Shown: positions 30,329-40,641, counted from the first letter of the stretch. The stretch is 63,747 bases of DNA from an uncultured Bacilli bacterium (GCA_947624515.1 CANQKN010000002.1:1-63747), one strand, 5' to 3'. Numbers and translations are program-made. Notes: generated by a model not told the origin, from the letters alone.

Positions 30329-30377
30329 ATAAACAAACCTATTGTATCAAAGATACATTTCCTTTGCAAGACTTTTT

Positions 30378-30665
30378 TTAACTTTTTTGTTGTTTTAATT
30401 CATTTAACTCTTTTTGAATTGCTTTCATCATCTTTTCCATCATAATAATAGTTTCTTCAGTATTAGGAGTTTTATTCATATTAGTTTCACTTCGTTCCAT
30501 CTGTACTTGTTTGTAATAAGCATTTGTACATAATACTTGTGCTGTTAGCATGAGCCAGTTACCTAGGGCATTTTGTTCATTTGCTGTTAAGTCATCTATT
30601 AGTAAATACCCTACTACAACTGCACTAAAAGAAAATGCTTTTGCAGGAATATTTGGTAAATGCAT
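30378..30665 (-). CDS. hypothetical protein
   Basis: 95-aa ORF with a hydrophobic N-half and charged helical C-half; no motif recognised. Confidence 0.45.
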   Translation of the reverse strand: MHLPNIPAKAFSFSAVVVGYLLIDDLTANEQNALGNWLMLTAQVLCTNAYYKQVQMERSETNMNKTPNTEETIIMMEKMMKAIQKELNELKQQKS

Positions 30666-30729
30666 AAGACCACAACCTTAATAAAGTTTATGATTGCTAA
30701 TACCAATTTATTTTCAAGAAAAAAAGTAC

Positions 30730-32046
30730 TTACTTCGTACTTTCTTCTAATAATTGTTCATATTTATCTTTTAAATGACTAATACTTGCACAACTCATGA
30801 AGCAGATAACTGCATTTTGGTATTCTAATAATTTCTCTACAGTATCTTCATTGATAATTTCTCCACTTGGAATATTTTCTAATACTAAATGGGAAGTAAT
30901 TCCTGGATAATCCTCCTGTTTTTCCCGATTACTATCAATTTCTGTCATATAGACTTTATCAGCTACTTTTAAGGCTTCTGCAAATTCTTTGGTAAAAGCT
31001 TGTGTTCTTGAATATGTATTTGGTTTAAATACGGCAACTAATGTTTTTTCTGGATATTTCTGTTTAGCAGCTTCTAAAGTTACTCTAATTTCAGTAGGAT
31101 GATGTGCATAATCATCAATCGTTACGATATTGCCAATTTCTCGTTCTGCAAATCTTCTTTCGGCATTATGAAAATGAGCAAAACAATCATTCATCGTTTC
31201 TTTAGAAATGCCTAAATAATCACAAACAATAATAGCTGCTAAAGTATTTAATACCATATGTTTTCCAAATAAAGGAATCAGAAAATGACCATAAAATTCA
31301 TTCTTTTGATAAACATCAAAACTACTACCTTCTTTGTTAATAATTACATTTTTTAAAACAAAATCATTATCTTCTTGAAATCCATAAAAAATAACTTTTT
31401 TATCAAAATGAATTTTCCTAATATTCTCATTATCTCCACAAACTACTAATAAATCTTTTGTCTGATAAGAAAACTGTTCAAAAGTATGAACAATATCTTC
31501 AAGATCAGAATAACACTCTGTATGTTCTAATTCGATATTGGTAATAACAGAAATTGTTGGATGATAAGCTAAAAAATGACGATTAAATTCATCGGATTCT
31601 ATAACAAACAGTTGATTTTTAGGACTAGCATGGCCCCTACCATCCCCAATAAAATAATTGCATCCCAATTTTTCATTTAGAACATAACTAATAATGGAAG
31701 AAGTGGTAGTTTTTCCATGAGTACCACTAACAGAAATCGTCTGAAATTGTTCTGTTAATTCTCCAATAATTTGATTATAGGCTTTCACCTGTAATCCCAT
31801 TTCTTTTACTCTTTTTAATTCTTTATGATCCTCACTAAGAGCCTTAGAGCAAGTAACAATCGTATCTGGATCCAATTCATGATTTTGATCATAATAAACA
31901 GGTATTTTTCTTTCATCTAATCCCTTTTGTGTAAATTTCCAATCACGAATATCATCATAACCAGATACTTGATTTCCTAAATCATAAAGTAAGCAAGCAA
32001 GAGTAGCCATTCCAGAACCTTTGATTCCCAAGCAATAATATTTCAT
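30730..32046 (-). CDS. murC: UDP-N-acetylmuramate--L-alanine ligase
   Basis: MKYYCLGIKGSGMATLA N-terminus, GTHGKTTTSS P-loop, DDYAHHPTEI. Start taken at ATG 32046; the track start at 32073 is TTG. Confidence 0.93.
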   Translation of the reverse strand: MKYYCLGIKGSGMATLACLLYDLGNQVSGYDDIRDWKFTQKGLDERKIPVYYDQNHELDPDTIVTCSKALSEDHKELKRVKEMGLQVKAYNQIIGELTEQFQTISVSGTHGKTTTSSIISYVLNEKLGCNYFIGDGRGHASPKNQLFVIESDEFNRHFLAYHPTISVITNIELEHTECYSDLEDIVHTFEQFSYQTKDLLVVCGDNENIRKIHFDKKVIFYGFQEDNDFVLKNVIINKEGSSFDVYQKNEFYGHFLIPLFGKHMVLNTLAAIIVCDYLGISKETMNDCFAHFHNAERRFAEREIGNIVTIDDYAHHPTEIRVTLEAAKQKYPEKTLVAVFKPNTYSRTQAFTKEFAEALKVADKVYMTEIDSNREKQEDYPGITSHLVLENIPSGEIINEDTVEKLLEYQNAVICFMSCASISHLKDKYEQLLEESTK

Positions 32047-32145
32047 AACATCACATCCTATTCTATTATACAAATTAAAAAAGTGATTTACAACTAAATC
32101 ATTTTAAATTTTGATAATAATCCGTATTTTTTATATAATAGTATT

Positions 32146-33057
32146 GTGATGTTTATGAAAGAAATATTAAAAAACTGTAACTTATGTCCAAGAAATTGTT
32201 ACACAAATAGAGAAAAAAAGACCGGTTTTTGTGGTATGAAAAATAAAATGGTCATTGCTAGAGCTAGCATACATCAATGGGAAGAACCTTGTATCTCAGG
32301 AAAAAATGGTTCTGGTACAATATTCTTTAGTGGTTGTAACTTAAAATGTATTTTTTGTCAGAATTATCAAATTAGTACAAAACAAATTGGTCAAGAAGTA
32401 TCAATAGAAGAATTTGCTACTATTTGTTTAAATCTTCAAAAACAAGGAGCTCATAATATTAATTTAGTAACCCCTACTCACTTCGTACCACTCATAATAG
32501 AAGGAATCAAATTAGCCAAGAAAAAAGGATTAAAAATTCCAATTGTTTACAATACTAGTGGTTATGAAAAAAAAGAAACCATTCAAATGCTCAATGGGAT
32601 AATTGATATCTATTTACCAGATTTTAAATACTATGATGATAAATATGCACTACACTATTCCCATGCCAAAGACTATTCTCAATATGGAAAAGAAGCATTA
32701 CAAGAAATGGTAAAACAAGTAGGAAATCCTGTATTTGATGATCAAGGAATGATGATCAAGGGTGTTATTGTAAGACACTTAATGCTACCTGGTCTCAAAG
32801 AAGATACTAAAAAGATTTTAAAATATTTATATCATACTTACCATCATAAGATCTATATTAGTATTATGAATCAATATACACCAATTAAAAATTTTCAAAT
32901 AAATAAAAATTTAAATCAAACAATATTAGAATCTGACTATGATGAAGTAATTAACTATGCCTTAGATTTAGGAATAAAAAAAGCCTTCATACAAGAAGGC
33001 GGTACACAAGATAAAAGTTTTATCCCTGATTTTTTAAATCAGAAACTTCCTCTTTAG
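32146..33057 (+). CDS. radical SAM protein (PflA-like activase family)
   Basis: 303 aa; CNLKCIFCQNY CxxxCxxC cluster plus an N-terminal CNLCPRNC motif. Confidence 0.85.
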   Translation: MMFMKEILKNCNLCPRNCYTNREKKTGFCGMKNKMVIARASIHQWEEPCISGKNGSGTIFFSGCNLKCIFCQNYQISTKQIGQEVSIEEFATICLNLQKQGAHNINLVTPTHFVPLIIEGIKLAKKKGLKIPIVYNTSGYEKKETIQMLNGIIDIYLPDFKYYDDKYALHYSHAKDYSQYGKEALQEMVKQVGNPVFDDQGMMIKGVIVRHLMLPGLKEDTKKILKYLYHTYHHKIYISIMNQYTPIKNFQINKNLNQTILESDYDEVINYALDLGIKKAFIQEGGTQDKSFIPDFLNQKLPL

Positions 33058-33265
33058 GATCTAATTGATTACGATAACGAGAAAGAATAACTTCAATGAG
33101 AAAAGATACAACAGCATATAATGGACTACATTTAGTTACTAAAGAATAAATAGAAAGAAATACTGTTAAAAGCCCAAAGAAAAGAATAAATCCTTTTAAT
33201 ACTTTTCTTTTTTTTATTCTTTTTATTTTTTCATCATTAGTAAGTTTCTCATGAGAAGGTTTCAT
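33020..33265 (-). CDS. small membrane protein
   Basis: 81 aa, two TM. The start overlaps the stop of the upstream DUF308 gene (ATGA); the 3' end overlaps the convergent radical SAM gene by 38 nt. Confidence 0.5.
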   Translation of the reverse strand: MKPSHEKLTNDEKIKRIKKRKVLKGFILFFGLLTVFLSIYSLVTKCSPLYAVVSFLIEVILSRYRNQLDPKEEVSDLKNQG

Positions 33266-33849
33266 TTTTTCTCCTTTACTTCTGCTTCAATTACTATATC
33301 TTTCATATTTTGTTCAGCTTCACGAAATTCTCTTTTTAAAATAATAGAATTACATAAATCTAATGCAGAATAAAGAATCATAAAAATACCCATTACTTTA
33401 GTAATTACTAATGCTCCTTCAAAAGGATTAATAATAAATAAAATTCCACATAAGATAATTAAAATTGAAAAAACTAATGAAGTTGTATAAGGAATATTTT
33501 GTTTCTTTAAACTAAGTGCATATTGTAGACGATTGATACCATTAACAACAAAATAAATTCCTAAAATAAAAGGCAAAATACTAGCTACTAATTTAGTATT
33601 AATAATTAAAATAAGACCAATGATAATAGTTACGATACCTGTAATTAAACTAGGTTGGTATTTATTTCTAAAGTAATCCATTAATGTAGTAATACCAGGT
33701 ATTAAAATAATTCCTCCTAAAATAATAGAAATCATATGAACAATCATATCTGGCTGAATAAATAGAAAAATTCCTAATACTAAAATGACCACAGATGATA
33801 CAATCGAAGCATTAAATATTTTATTCATTCCTTTTTTTATTTCTTCCAT
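33262..33849 (-). CDS. HdeD/DUF308 family membrane protein
   Basis: 195 aa, 6 TM with repeated G-x-x-x-I/L-x-x-G spacing typical of DUF308. Confidence 0.7.
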   Translation of the reverse strand: MEEIKKGMNKIFNASIVSSVVILVLGIFLFIQPDMIVHMISIILGGIILIPGITTLMDYFRNKYQPSLITGIVTIIIGLILIINTKLVASILPFILGIYFVVNGINRLQYALSLKKQNIPYTTSLVFSILIILCGILFIINPFEGALVITKVMGIFMILYSALDLCNSIILKREFREAEQNMKDIVIEAEVKEKK

Positions 33850-33913
33850 AATAACTCACTCCTTATATTACTATCCCTATTATATCTTAATTTTTTCTTT
33901 TTGTTAAGTACCT

Positions 33914-34750
33914 TTATAAATTTCTCATAAATTCCCTAGGAATACGAATTTCAAAAGATAGTATTTGATTCGTTTTAGGATTTTTAATATCTAAACGATT
34001 TGCACATAATAGTAACCTTTTTTCTTTCCTATTACCATATTTTTTATCTCCAATAATAGGATGTCCTAGTTCATTCAATTGTACACGAATTTGATTTTTT
34101 CTTTCTGTTTCAATAGTAATTTTTAATAAGCTATTTTGATTTTCTTTCACAACTTCATAATTCGTAATAGCTTGCTTACCCTCTTTTGATTTAGAAACAT
34201 ATACAATGTTTTCTCTATTTTCTTTGAGATAAGAGCATAATCTAGCTTTCTTTTTTTCTAAAATACCAGAAACAACAGCTGTATATTCTCTTGTTACAGC
34301 AATAGTTTCCCAATGTTGTTGAATACTATCACGAAGATCTTCATTCTTACAGAATAAAACCAAACCACTTGTTTCCCGATCTAAGCGATGAACAATAAAT
34401 ATTTTTTCATGTTTGTTTTTACTATGAATATATTCTCTCACCATATGATATAATGTTCTATTTTTTTCTTTTTCTGTAGAAATAGTTAACATACCACTTG
34501 GCTTATTAACTACTAAGTAATATTGATCCTCATAAATAATATCGATATTATGAATCTTAGTAGTTCTTTTTTCTTTAGAGATTTCTACTACTTGTCCAAC
34601 CTTTAAAAGAAGATCAAACGATAAAGGTATTTTTCCATTCACAGTAATATTTTTATATTTAAATAAACTTTTTAATTTTGTTTTTGTATAATTGGTATGA
34701 TTTAATAAAAAATCCATCAATTTGGTATCTTCTTTAACAATGATTTTCAT
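33914..34750 (-). CDS. RluA family pseudouridine synthase
   Basis: 278 aa; S4-like N-terminus, catalytic HRLDRETSGLVLF, KNQIRVQL motif. Confidence 0.9.
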   Translation of the reverse strand: MKIIVKEDTKLMDFLLNHTNYTKTKLKSLFKYKNITVNGKIPLSFDLLLKVGQVVEISKEKRTTKIHNIDIIYEDQYYLVVNKPSGMLTISTEKEKNRTLYHMVREYIHSKNKHEKIFIVHRLDRETSGLVLFCKNEDLRDSIQQHWETIAVTREYTAVVSGILEKKKARLCSYLKENRENIVYVSKSKEGKQAITNYEVVKENQNSLLKITIETERKNQIRVQLNELGHPIIGDKKYGNRKEKRLLLCANRLDIKNPKTNQILSFEIRIPREFMRNL

Positions 34751-35246
34751 ATGTTTCTCCTTTAATTACTTGATATTCCTGTAATAAATCATCAATTTTA
34801 AAAGTAGCATTAGCAGGGCTTGTAGAAGGTAAGAAAATAGCATCTAGTCCAATTTTAGGATAAACATATTTCTGATATAGTAAATATGCTTTTTTTCCTA
34901 CTGTATAAATTTTTTCTATTTTAGTTTTATTTAGTAAACTAGGAATATCATTAACAGTTACATTACTAATAGAAGCATCACTACTTTTTACCATATCACA
35001 ACTTTGGATGACATCCCATAAAGCAATCTGATGCTTTTTCAAAAAAATTTTTTTGGCATCTATCGTATTTGGTAAAGGTTCTTGATAAATCATACTTAAA
35101 ACTTCCCAAAAACGATTTTTAGGATGCATATAATAAAAACCCATTTCTCGTGATTTAATAGATGGCATAGTACCTAAAATCAAAATTTTAGAATCAGATT
35201 GATAATAAGGTTTTAGAGGATGTGTAACTGTACTTTTAATCATCAA
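34734..35246 (-). CDS. DNA-deoxyinosine (hypoxanthine) glycosylase, UDG superfamily
   Basis: 170 aa; ILILGTMPS...YYMHPKNRFW and LPSTSPAN motifs. Confidence 0.8.
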   Translation of the reverse strand: MMIKSTVTHPLKPYYQSDSKILILGTMPSIKSREMGFYYMHPKNRFWEVLSMIYQEPLPNTIDAKKIFLKKHQIALWDVIQSCDMVKSSDASISNVTVNDIPSLLNKTKIEKIYTVGKKAYLLYQKYVYPKIGLDAIFLPSTSPANATFKIDDLLQEYQVIKGETYENHC

Positions 35247-35856
35247 GCACTCTCATATTGGTAATGATTGGTTGATTTTCTTTTAAAACGGTTTCTCCAT
35301 CTTCCTCTACAATGGTATTTTCTACTATTTTATCAATGATATCCATTCCCTCAATTACTTTTCCAAAAGCTGCATAATCTCCATCTAAACTAGGATTATC
35401 TTGTAACATAATGAAAAATTGACTGGAAGCAGAATTTTTAGAATAAGAATTTCTTGCCATCGAAATAACTCCCCTTTTATGAGAAATATTATTTTCTATT
35501 CCATTACTAGAAAATTCTCCCTGAATAGTTTGACTACTACCACCAGTTCCATTACCCTTAGGATCTCCACCTTGAATCACAAATCCACTAACAATACGAT
35601 GAAAAGTTAAACCATCATAAAATTGATCTTTTACTAATTGAATAAAATTAGTAACAGTAATAGGAGCAATATCCGCATCTAATTCTAGTTGAATAGTACC
35701 ATAATCTTGAACTGTCATTTCTACATAGTGTTTTCCAGTTAATAGCTGTACATCTGATTTTTGATTCAGAAAAAAATTAAGAATTAAGATAAAACCTAAT
35801 ACTATAATACTACATCCAATAAAAAGCATATTCATAGATAATTTTATTTTTTTCAT
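35236..35856 (-). CDS. ppiB: cyclophilin-type peptidyl-prolyl isomerase, membrane-anchored
   Basis: FHRIVSGFVIQGGDP, SMARN, QFFI motifs. Start at ATG 35856, 5 nt after a GGAGG SD; the track start at 35868 is a TTG inside the SD. Confidence 0.92.
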   Translation of the reverse strand: MKKIKLSMNMLFIGCSIIVLGFILILNFFLNQKSDVQLLTGKHYVEMTVQDYGTIQLELDADIAPITVTNFIQLVKDQFYDGLTFHRIVSGFVIQGGDPKGNGTGGSSQTIQGEFSSNGIENNISHKRGVISMARNSYSKNSASSQFFIMLQDNPSLDGDYAAFGKVIEGMDIIDKIVENTIVEEDGETVLKENQPIITNMRVLDD

Positions 35857-35937
35857 AGAGTCCTCCAATCTTTTTTATTATATAAAAATTCTTTTAAAAA
35901 AACAACCTTTCTGTTATAATGCCAATGAGGTGTTTTT

Positions 35938-36600
35938 ATGATTATAGGAATTATTGGAGCAATGGAAAAAGAAATAAAAAAATATCAGGAATTATTTTCC
36001 TTTCAATTCATAGATAAAAATTTTTCTATTTATGAAGCAAACGATCAAAATAAAAAAATATTATTATGTCAATGTGGAATTGGAAAAGTAAATGCAGCAA
36101 TTTTAACGGAATATTTAATTGAACATTATCATGTGGATATGATTATTAATTCAGGTTGTTGTGGAAGTTTAACCGAAAAAGGAAAAGTATTAGATACTAT
36201 CATCATAGATTATGCAACTTATCATGATTTTTCTCCTACTCGTATCATGGAAGAATGTGTACCTGATCAAGGTAAAATTAAAACAGATCCAAAATTAACA
36301 ATATTAGCAGAAAATATTTGTAAAGAACACAACATTTCTTATAGAATTGGTGGAATTGCAAGTGGAGATTGTTTTGTAACCGATTATAAAATAAGAGATC
36401 AAATTGCCAGTAAGACTCAATGTATAGCAGTAGATATGGAAAGTGCTAGTATTGCTCATGTAGCAAAACTTAATCAAGTACCATTCATGATTATACGCAC
36501 TATTTCTGATTTCGCAGATGGTATCGATGAGCAGGAAGAACAAGCTGCAAACATTTCAGCACAAATAGTAAAGGAAATCATTTCTAAAATAAAATATTAA
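35938..36600 (+). CDS. mtnN: 5'-methylthioadenosine/S-adenosylhomocysteine nucleosidase
   Basis: 220 aa; IGIIGAMEKEI, GIGKVNAA, VDMESASIAHVA, RTISD motifs. Confidence 0.9.
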   Translation: MIIGIIGAMEKEIKKYQELFSFQFIDKNFSIYEANDQNKKILLCQCGIGKVNAAILTEYLIEHYHVDMIINSGCCGSLTEKGKVLDTIIIDYATYHDFSPTRIMEECVPDQGKIKTDPKLTILAENICKEHNISYRIGGIASGDCFVTDYKIRDQIASKTQCIAVDMESASIAHVAKLNQVPFMIIRTISDFADGIDEQEEQAANISAQIVKEIISKIKY

Positions 36601-37850
36601 TATTTCCTACTTAAAAACACAACACACTCTACATGATAAGTATTAGGAAACATATCAACAGGATGAACTTCTAAAATTTGATAACTATCTTTTAATAATT
36701 TTAAATCTCTGGCTAATGTAGCAGGATCACAAGAAATATAAGTGATAGCTTCAGGAGCTAGTTTTAAAATACAAGAAATCGTATGAGAATCTAGACCACT
36801 TCTTGGTGGATCAACAATAACGATATCTATATTAGAAAATTGATCGATGACCATTTCTACTTTGCCATGAATAAAGTCAATGTTATTTACATGATTTTTC
36901 TTTTTACATTGATTAGCAGAAATAATAGATTCTTCTTCAGATTCAACACCAATTACTTTTTCTACATAAGGAGATACTAACATTCCTATCGTACCAGTAC
37001 CACAATATAAATCAAGTACTGTTTTCCAATTTTTATTTTTATGAAAATCAATTACTAATTGATATAATTCTAACATCATAGAATAATTAACTTGAAAAAA
37101 AGAATCTGGATAAATTTCAAATTTCATACCAAAAATATTTTCAGTAATACTTTCTTTCCCTTTTACTAGTTTTTGATTACTATAAACTGTTGTAACTTCT
37201 TCTAAATATGGAAGAAACTCTTGTAAATTAATTTTACCTTCCAATACAACCATAGATTCTTTCAAGGAAGTAGTTCGAATCATAAGTTTCTGAATAGTAT
37301 TATTGGGATTTTTTCTTAAAAATAGTAAAATTTTCTTATAAATCTGATTGATTTGATCATTCGCAATAACACAAGTATCTATTTCTGTAATTTGATTGGT
37401 CTTTTCTTGATAAATTCCTAATTTTTGATGATTTCCATGAAAAGTAACTTTATTTCGATAAGCAAATGGTTCTTTAGAAAGAATAGGAAATATTGGAATA
37501 TTATCTAATCCCGTAAATTTTTCTAATAATTCTTTTATCTTTTGTTCCTTAAACTGTAATTGGTGTAAATAATCTTCATGCATAATTTGACATCCACCAC
37601 AATCATGGTAATAAGGACATTTTGCATGAACTCGATAGGGAGAAACAGTTATCATATCAATAATCGAAGCAGTTGCATAATTCTTTTTTTGTTGAAAAAG
37701 TTTGATTTTGCAATCTTCATTTGGTAATCCCCCAGATACAAAAACAAGCATATCTCCTATTTTGGCAATTCCTTGTCCAAAATGATCTTGTTTTAAAATA
37801 GAAACATCATATATTTGATCTAACGATTTTTGCATACAATCACATCCCAC
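36597..37850 (-). CDS. 23S rRNA (uracil-5-)-methyltransferase RlmD/RumA family
   Basis: TRAM-like N-terminus, Fe-S cysteines CPYYHDCGGCQ, SAM motif DLYCGTGTIG, C-terminal ISCDPATLARD. ATG at 37835 is an alternative start. Confidence 0.88.
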   Translation of the reverse strand: MGCDCMQKSLDQIYDVSILKQDHFGQGIAKIGDMLVFVSGGLPNEDCKIKLFQQKKNYATASIIDMITVSPYRVHAKCPYYHDCGGCQIMHEDYLHQLQFKEQKIKELLEKFTGLDNIPIFPILSKEPFAYRNKVTFHGNHQKLGIYQEKTNQITEIDTCVIANDQINQIYKKILLFLRKNPNNTIQKLMIRTTSLKESMVVLEGKINLQEFLPYLEEVTTVYSNQKLVKGKESITENIFGMKFEIYPDSFFQVNYSMMLELYQLVIDFHKNKNWKTVLDLYCGTGTIGMLVSPYVEKVIGVESEEESIISANQCKKKNHVNNIDFIHGKVEMVIDQFSNIDIVIVDPPRSGLDSHTISCILKLAPEAITYISCDPATLARDLKLLKDSYQILEVHPVDMFPNTYHVECVVFLSRKY

Positions 37851-37867
37851 GATATCAATTAATAAAA

Positions 37868-37892
37868 TGAAAAAAAAGATTATTAATCTTTT
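37868..37892 (-). terminator. intrinsic terminator after the pilin-like operon
   Basis: AAAGAT-TATTA-ATCTTT hairpin with a T-run on the minus strand; abuts the stop of the 154-aa ORF. Confidence 0.5.
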
Positions 37893-38357
37893 TTATTCAT
37901 TACAAGTAAACCCATTATTGATTAAAGATTGAATGAAATCTTTATACCATAAATGGATTTCTACTCCATCACTATTTACCATTTTATCTACAACCTGATT
38001 AAGAATCACTTGACGGTTAACATCATTAAATTGTAGATTTTCATCTGTTGCTGAATTTTTAGCACTTTCATAATCTTCTTTCGTATTAAATGTAGTAGTA
38101 TATTGATCCGTATAATTTACTACTTCTCCCTTAGAATCAACATGAATAATATATTTTTCTGATCCAGTATATTTTTCTTGGGTATCTGTTGGTTTTGTAC
38201 ATTCCACTGTCATATCTGTTTTATTTTCCTTTTCGCTAGTAGAAGTCTCCTCTTTATCTTTATTTGTCGTTAACATCATAAATAAAGCTAATAATAAAAT
38301 CAATACTGTAATAATTAAAATGATAATAGTACTTACATATAATTTTTCTTTTTTCAT
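37893..38357 (-). CDS. membrane-anchored hypothetical protein (paralogue of 44118..44699)
   Basis: 154 aa; N-terminal TM, then VECT...EKYTGSEKYIIHVDSKGEVVNYT ... NNGFTCNE. Lies 21 nt downstream of the pilin-like gene. Confidence 0.6.
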   Translation of the reverse strand: MKKEKLYVSTIIILIITVLILLLALFMMLTTNKDKEETSTSEKENKTDMTVECTKPTDTQEKYTGSEKYIIHVDSKGEVVNYTDQYTTTFNTKEDYESAKNSATDENLQFNDVNRQVILNQVVDKMVNSDGVEIHLWYKDFIQSLINNGFTCNE

Positions 38358-38378
38358 AAATATCCTTCCTTTCTTTTA

Positions 38379-40577
38379 TTAAAAACTACATGTTGGAATG
38401 GTAGTACAACTAGAATCATCACATACTTTACTACCTAAAGTAGGAGTTAAACTTTGACCTGTATTACCATTAACACCATTTGTTGGACAAGAATAACTTA
38501 AATAAGAGGTTTTGGTACAAGAATTATCAGTAGTATATTGACAACCGTTCCAAACCTGATCACAACCATATTGACAAGTATTTTGTCTAGAAGCACATCC
38601 ATCGTACTTAGTTCCATAAGCATTACAAGTTTTAGAGTTAGCATTTGCACATTGACTTAAAGTATTTTCAACAATATTCTCAGTTCCGCAGCCACTTTGA
38701 CGTTTATTAGGTCCATCATAGCACCATTCACCACCACCTTGTGAATAACAAGCACTACCCCCATTTTCTCTCATGCATCTTTGTTGATCAGCCATACAAA
38801 CAGGTAAACGACATGATTTAAATAAGACACAAGACCACTGCGTACAATTATCATAATCTGTTACAATACCACCTACACATTCTTGTGGATCTCCAGTATG
38901 ACAACTACTACAATTTGTATTATCAAAACCTCCATGACAAGTAGTTCCACAAACACTAGCATTGGAAGTAAAGCTGCATGCATTATTATTGACTAAAGTT
39001 CCATTACTACAACGACCAGTTGCTGTATAGGAATGTTTAAATGTTGTAGAAGCACTACTAACTTTACCATTATTTCCACTTGTCGTACAAGTAACCGTAT
39101 TCACACCTAACTGTAAATTGTTCGTATTCGTAACAACCTTATCACCAACTTTACATTCTGTACTTCCTCCAGAAACACCAAAAGTAATATTAAAATAATC
39201 AGTAATGGCTTTATCTGTACTTTGGGTAATAGAGTTATCAGAAGATTTTGCGGATATCGTTGGTGTTTTCGCATCTTTCGTAATGGTAATTGTACAAGTA
39301 CCTGTTCTACCTACACCATCTGTTACAGTACCTGTAATTTTTTGATTGACAATATCATTTGTTAAGGTTGGAACATCGATTTCTCGCTTAGCAATACCAC
39401 TTCCCTCAAATCCTTCACTTTCTATGTCAGCAGCAGTTTCAAAAGTAATATTAACATTAGAAGTATAAACTCCACGATAATCTGTTCCAGAAGCTGCTAA
39501 AGTACAAGTTGGAGGTTTGGTATCAACTTTGACAATAAATTCATTGCTCTTTTTATTTTTATTAACACCATTAGTTACTTCTACTTGATAAGTTCCTTGT
39601 CCTTGTACAGTTAAAGTATTAGAAGTAGTTGGTTCCCCAAGCTTAGTACCATTCAAATACCATTGATATGTATAACCACTAGTAGAAGTAGCCGGATTGA
39701 CATTAGCTGTTAAAGTAACTTGTTCCATTGCCCATTTATTACTTTCTACTTTACTACCACTTTTTGTTTTTCCGGTAATTGTTACACTATTAATATTCGC
39801 TTTATCTATTTTAACATTAGCACCACAACTAACAAGTGTTCCCTTGCCATTCATTCCATCATAAGCTTGTACTTGATATTTCTTATTTCCAACATTTTGA
39901 TCAAGAGTCAATGATGCTGTATTAGTAGTTCGATTTGCTGCAATACTGGTAAAACTTTTACTATCTGTTGTATATCGATATTCATTGATACCGTAACGAT
40001 AATTGCCACTAGCCCCAAAGCTTAAATAAACAGTTCGATCTGTCCAATTTCCATCATAAGCTTGGCCACCTACTTGATCATAATAAGCATTACAAGTAGT
40101 ATCAAAAGTGGAATAATCAATATCATCATCTAAACAGTTTTTACTTTTATGATCACCACAAATTAAACAAGAAAGATAAACAACATCACTATTATTATTT
40201 TCACTAGTATTATTCTTACTGCTAACATATACATAAGATCGATCTATATCACAAAACTGTTCCGTATTATAAGGATTCTTAATAGGATCAATATATTGAT
40301 CTTCAATCAATTCATTTAAATAAATAAGTTCATATGTATACTTCGTATTCAATTCGGGATGATTCTTACAAAAGTTATTATTGGGATGGTTGCTAACACA
40401 ATCTGTATAAGCATCTTGAGCTGCCGTAGCCATACTTTTTTCTTCAATTGAAAAAGTTTTTGATCTAGTATGATTTAAATAAATAGTGTAAGAACTAATT
40501 GCTAAAGTTAATAAAATACCTAAAATAATAATAACTCCTAGCATTTCTATCAAGGTGAACCCTTTTTTCTTTTTCAT
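38379..40577 (-). CDS. prepilin-type N-terminal cleavage/methylation domain protein, large, with Ig-like repeats and Cys-rich C-terminus
   Basis: 732 aa; MKKKKG|FTLIEMLGVIIILGIL class III signal. Central beta-rich region with a YTYQWYLNGTKLG Ig-like motif. The last approximately 215 aa contain 26 Cys. Confidence 0.85.
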   Translation of the reverse strand: MKKKKGFTLIEMLGVIIILGILLTLAISSYTIYLNHTRSKTFSIEEKSMATAAQDAYTDCVSNHPNNNFCKNHPELNTKYTYELIYLNELIEDQYIDPIKNPYNTEQFCDIDRSYVYVSSKNNTSENNNSDVVYLSCLICGDHKSKNCLDDDIDYSTFDTTCNAYYDQVGGQAYDGNWTDRTVYLSFGASGNYRYGINEYRYTTDSKSFTSIAANRTTNTASLTLDQNVGNKKYQVQAYDGMNGKGTLVSCGANVKIDKANINSVTITGKTKSGSKVESNKWAMEQVTLTANVNPATSTSGYTYQWYLNGTKLGEPTTSNTLTVQGQGTYQVEVTNGVNKNKKSNEFIVKVDTKPPTCTLAASGTDYRGVYTSNVNITFETAADIESEGFEGSGIAKREIDVPTLTNDIVNQKITGTVTDGVGRTGTCTITITKDAKTPTISAKSSDNSITQSTDKAITDYFNITFGVSGGSTECKVGDKVVTNTNNLQLGVNTVTCTTSGNNGKVSSASTTFKHSYTATGRCSNGTLVNNNACSFTSNASVCGTTCHGGFDNTNCSSCHTGDPQECVGGIVTDYDNCTQWSCVLFKSCRLPVCMADQQRCMRENGGSACYSQGGGEWCYDGPNKRQSGCGTENIVENTLSQCANANSKTCNAYGTKYDGCASRQNTCQYGCDQVWNGCQYTTDNSCTKTSYLSYSCPTNGVNGNTGQSLTPTLGSKVCDDSSCTTIPTCSF

Positions 40578-40603
40578 TTTCGCACCTACTTTATTTTAAT
40601 AAC

Positions 40604-40632
40604 AGTATACACTAAATTTATATAATAGTCAA
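40604..40632 (-). promoter_or_regulatory. sigma-A-type promoter of the pilin-like operon
   Basis: Minus strand TTGACT - 17 nt - TATACT with TG at the extended -10 position; AGGTG SD before the ATG. Confidence 0.5.
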
Positions 40633-40641
40633 AGTTATTCT

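Noticed and set aside
35419-35610. 63-aa ORF antisense to ppiB
   Set aside because: It overlaps the conserved cyclophilin core on the other strand.
36304-36543. 79-aa ORF antisense to mtnN
   Set aside because: Embedded antisense ORF.
39720-39914. 64-aa ORF antisense to the pilin-like gene
   Set aside because: Embedded antisense ORF.
38379-40577. Interpretation of the Cys-rich pilin-like protein as a spore appendage or exosporium component because it neighbours the ger operon
   Set aside because: Its promoter looks sigma-A-type with an extended -10, and it is divergent from the ger operon rather than co-transcribed with it. Nothing in the sequence supports sporulation-specific expression.
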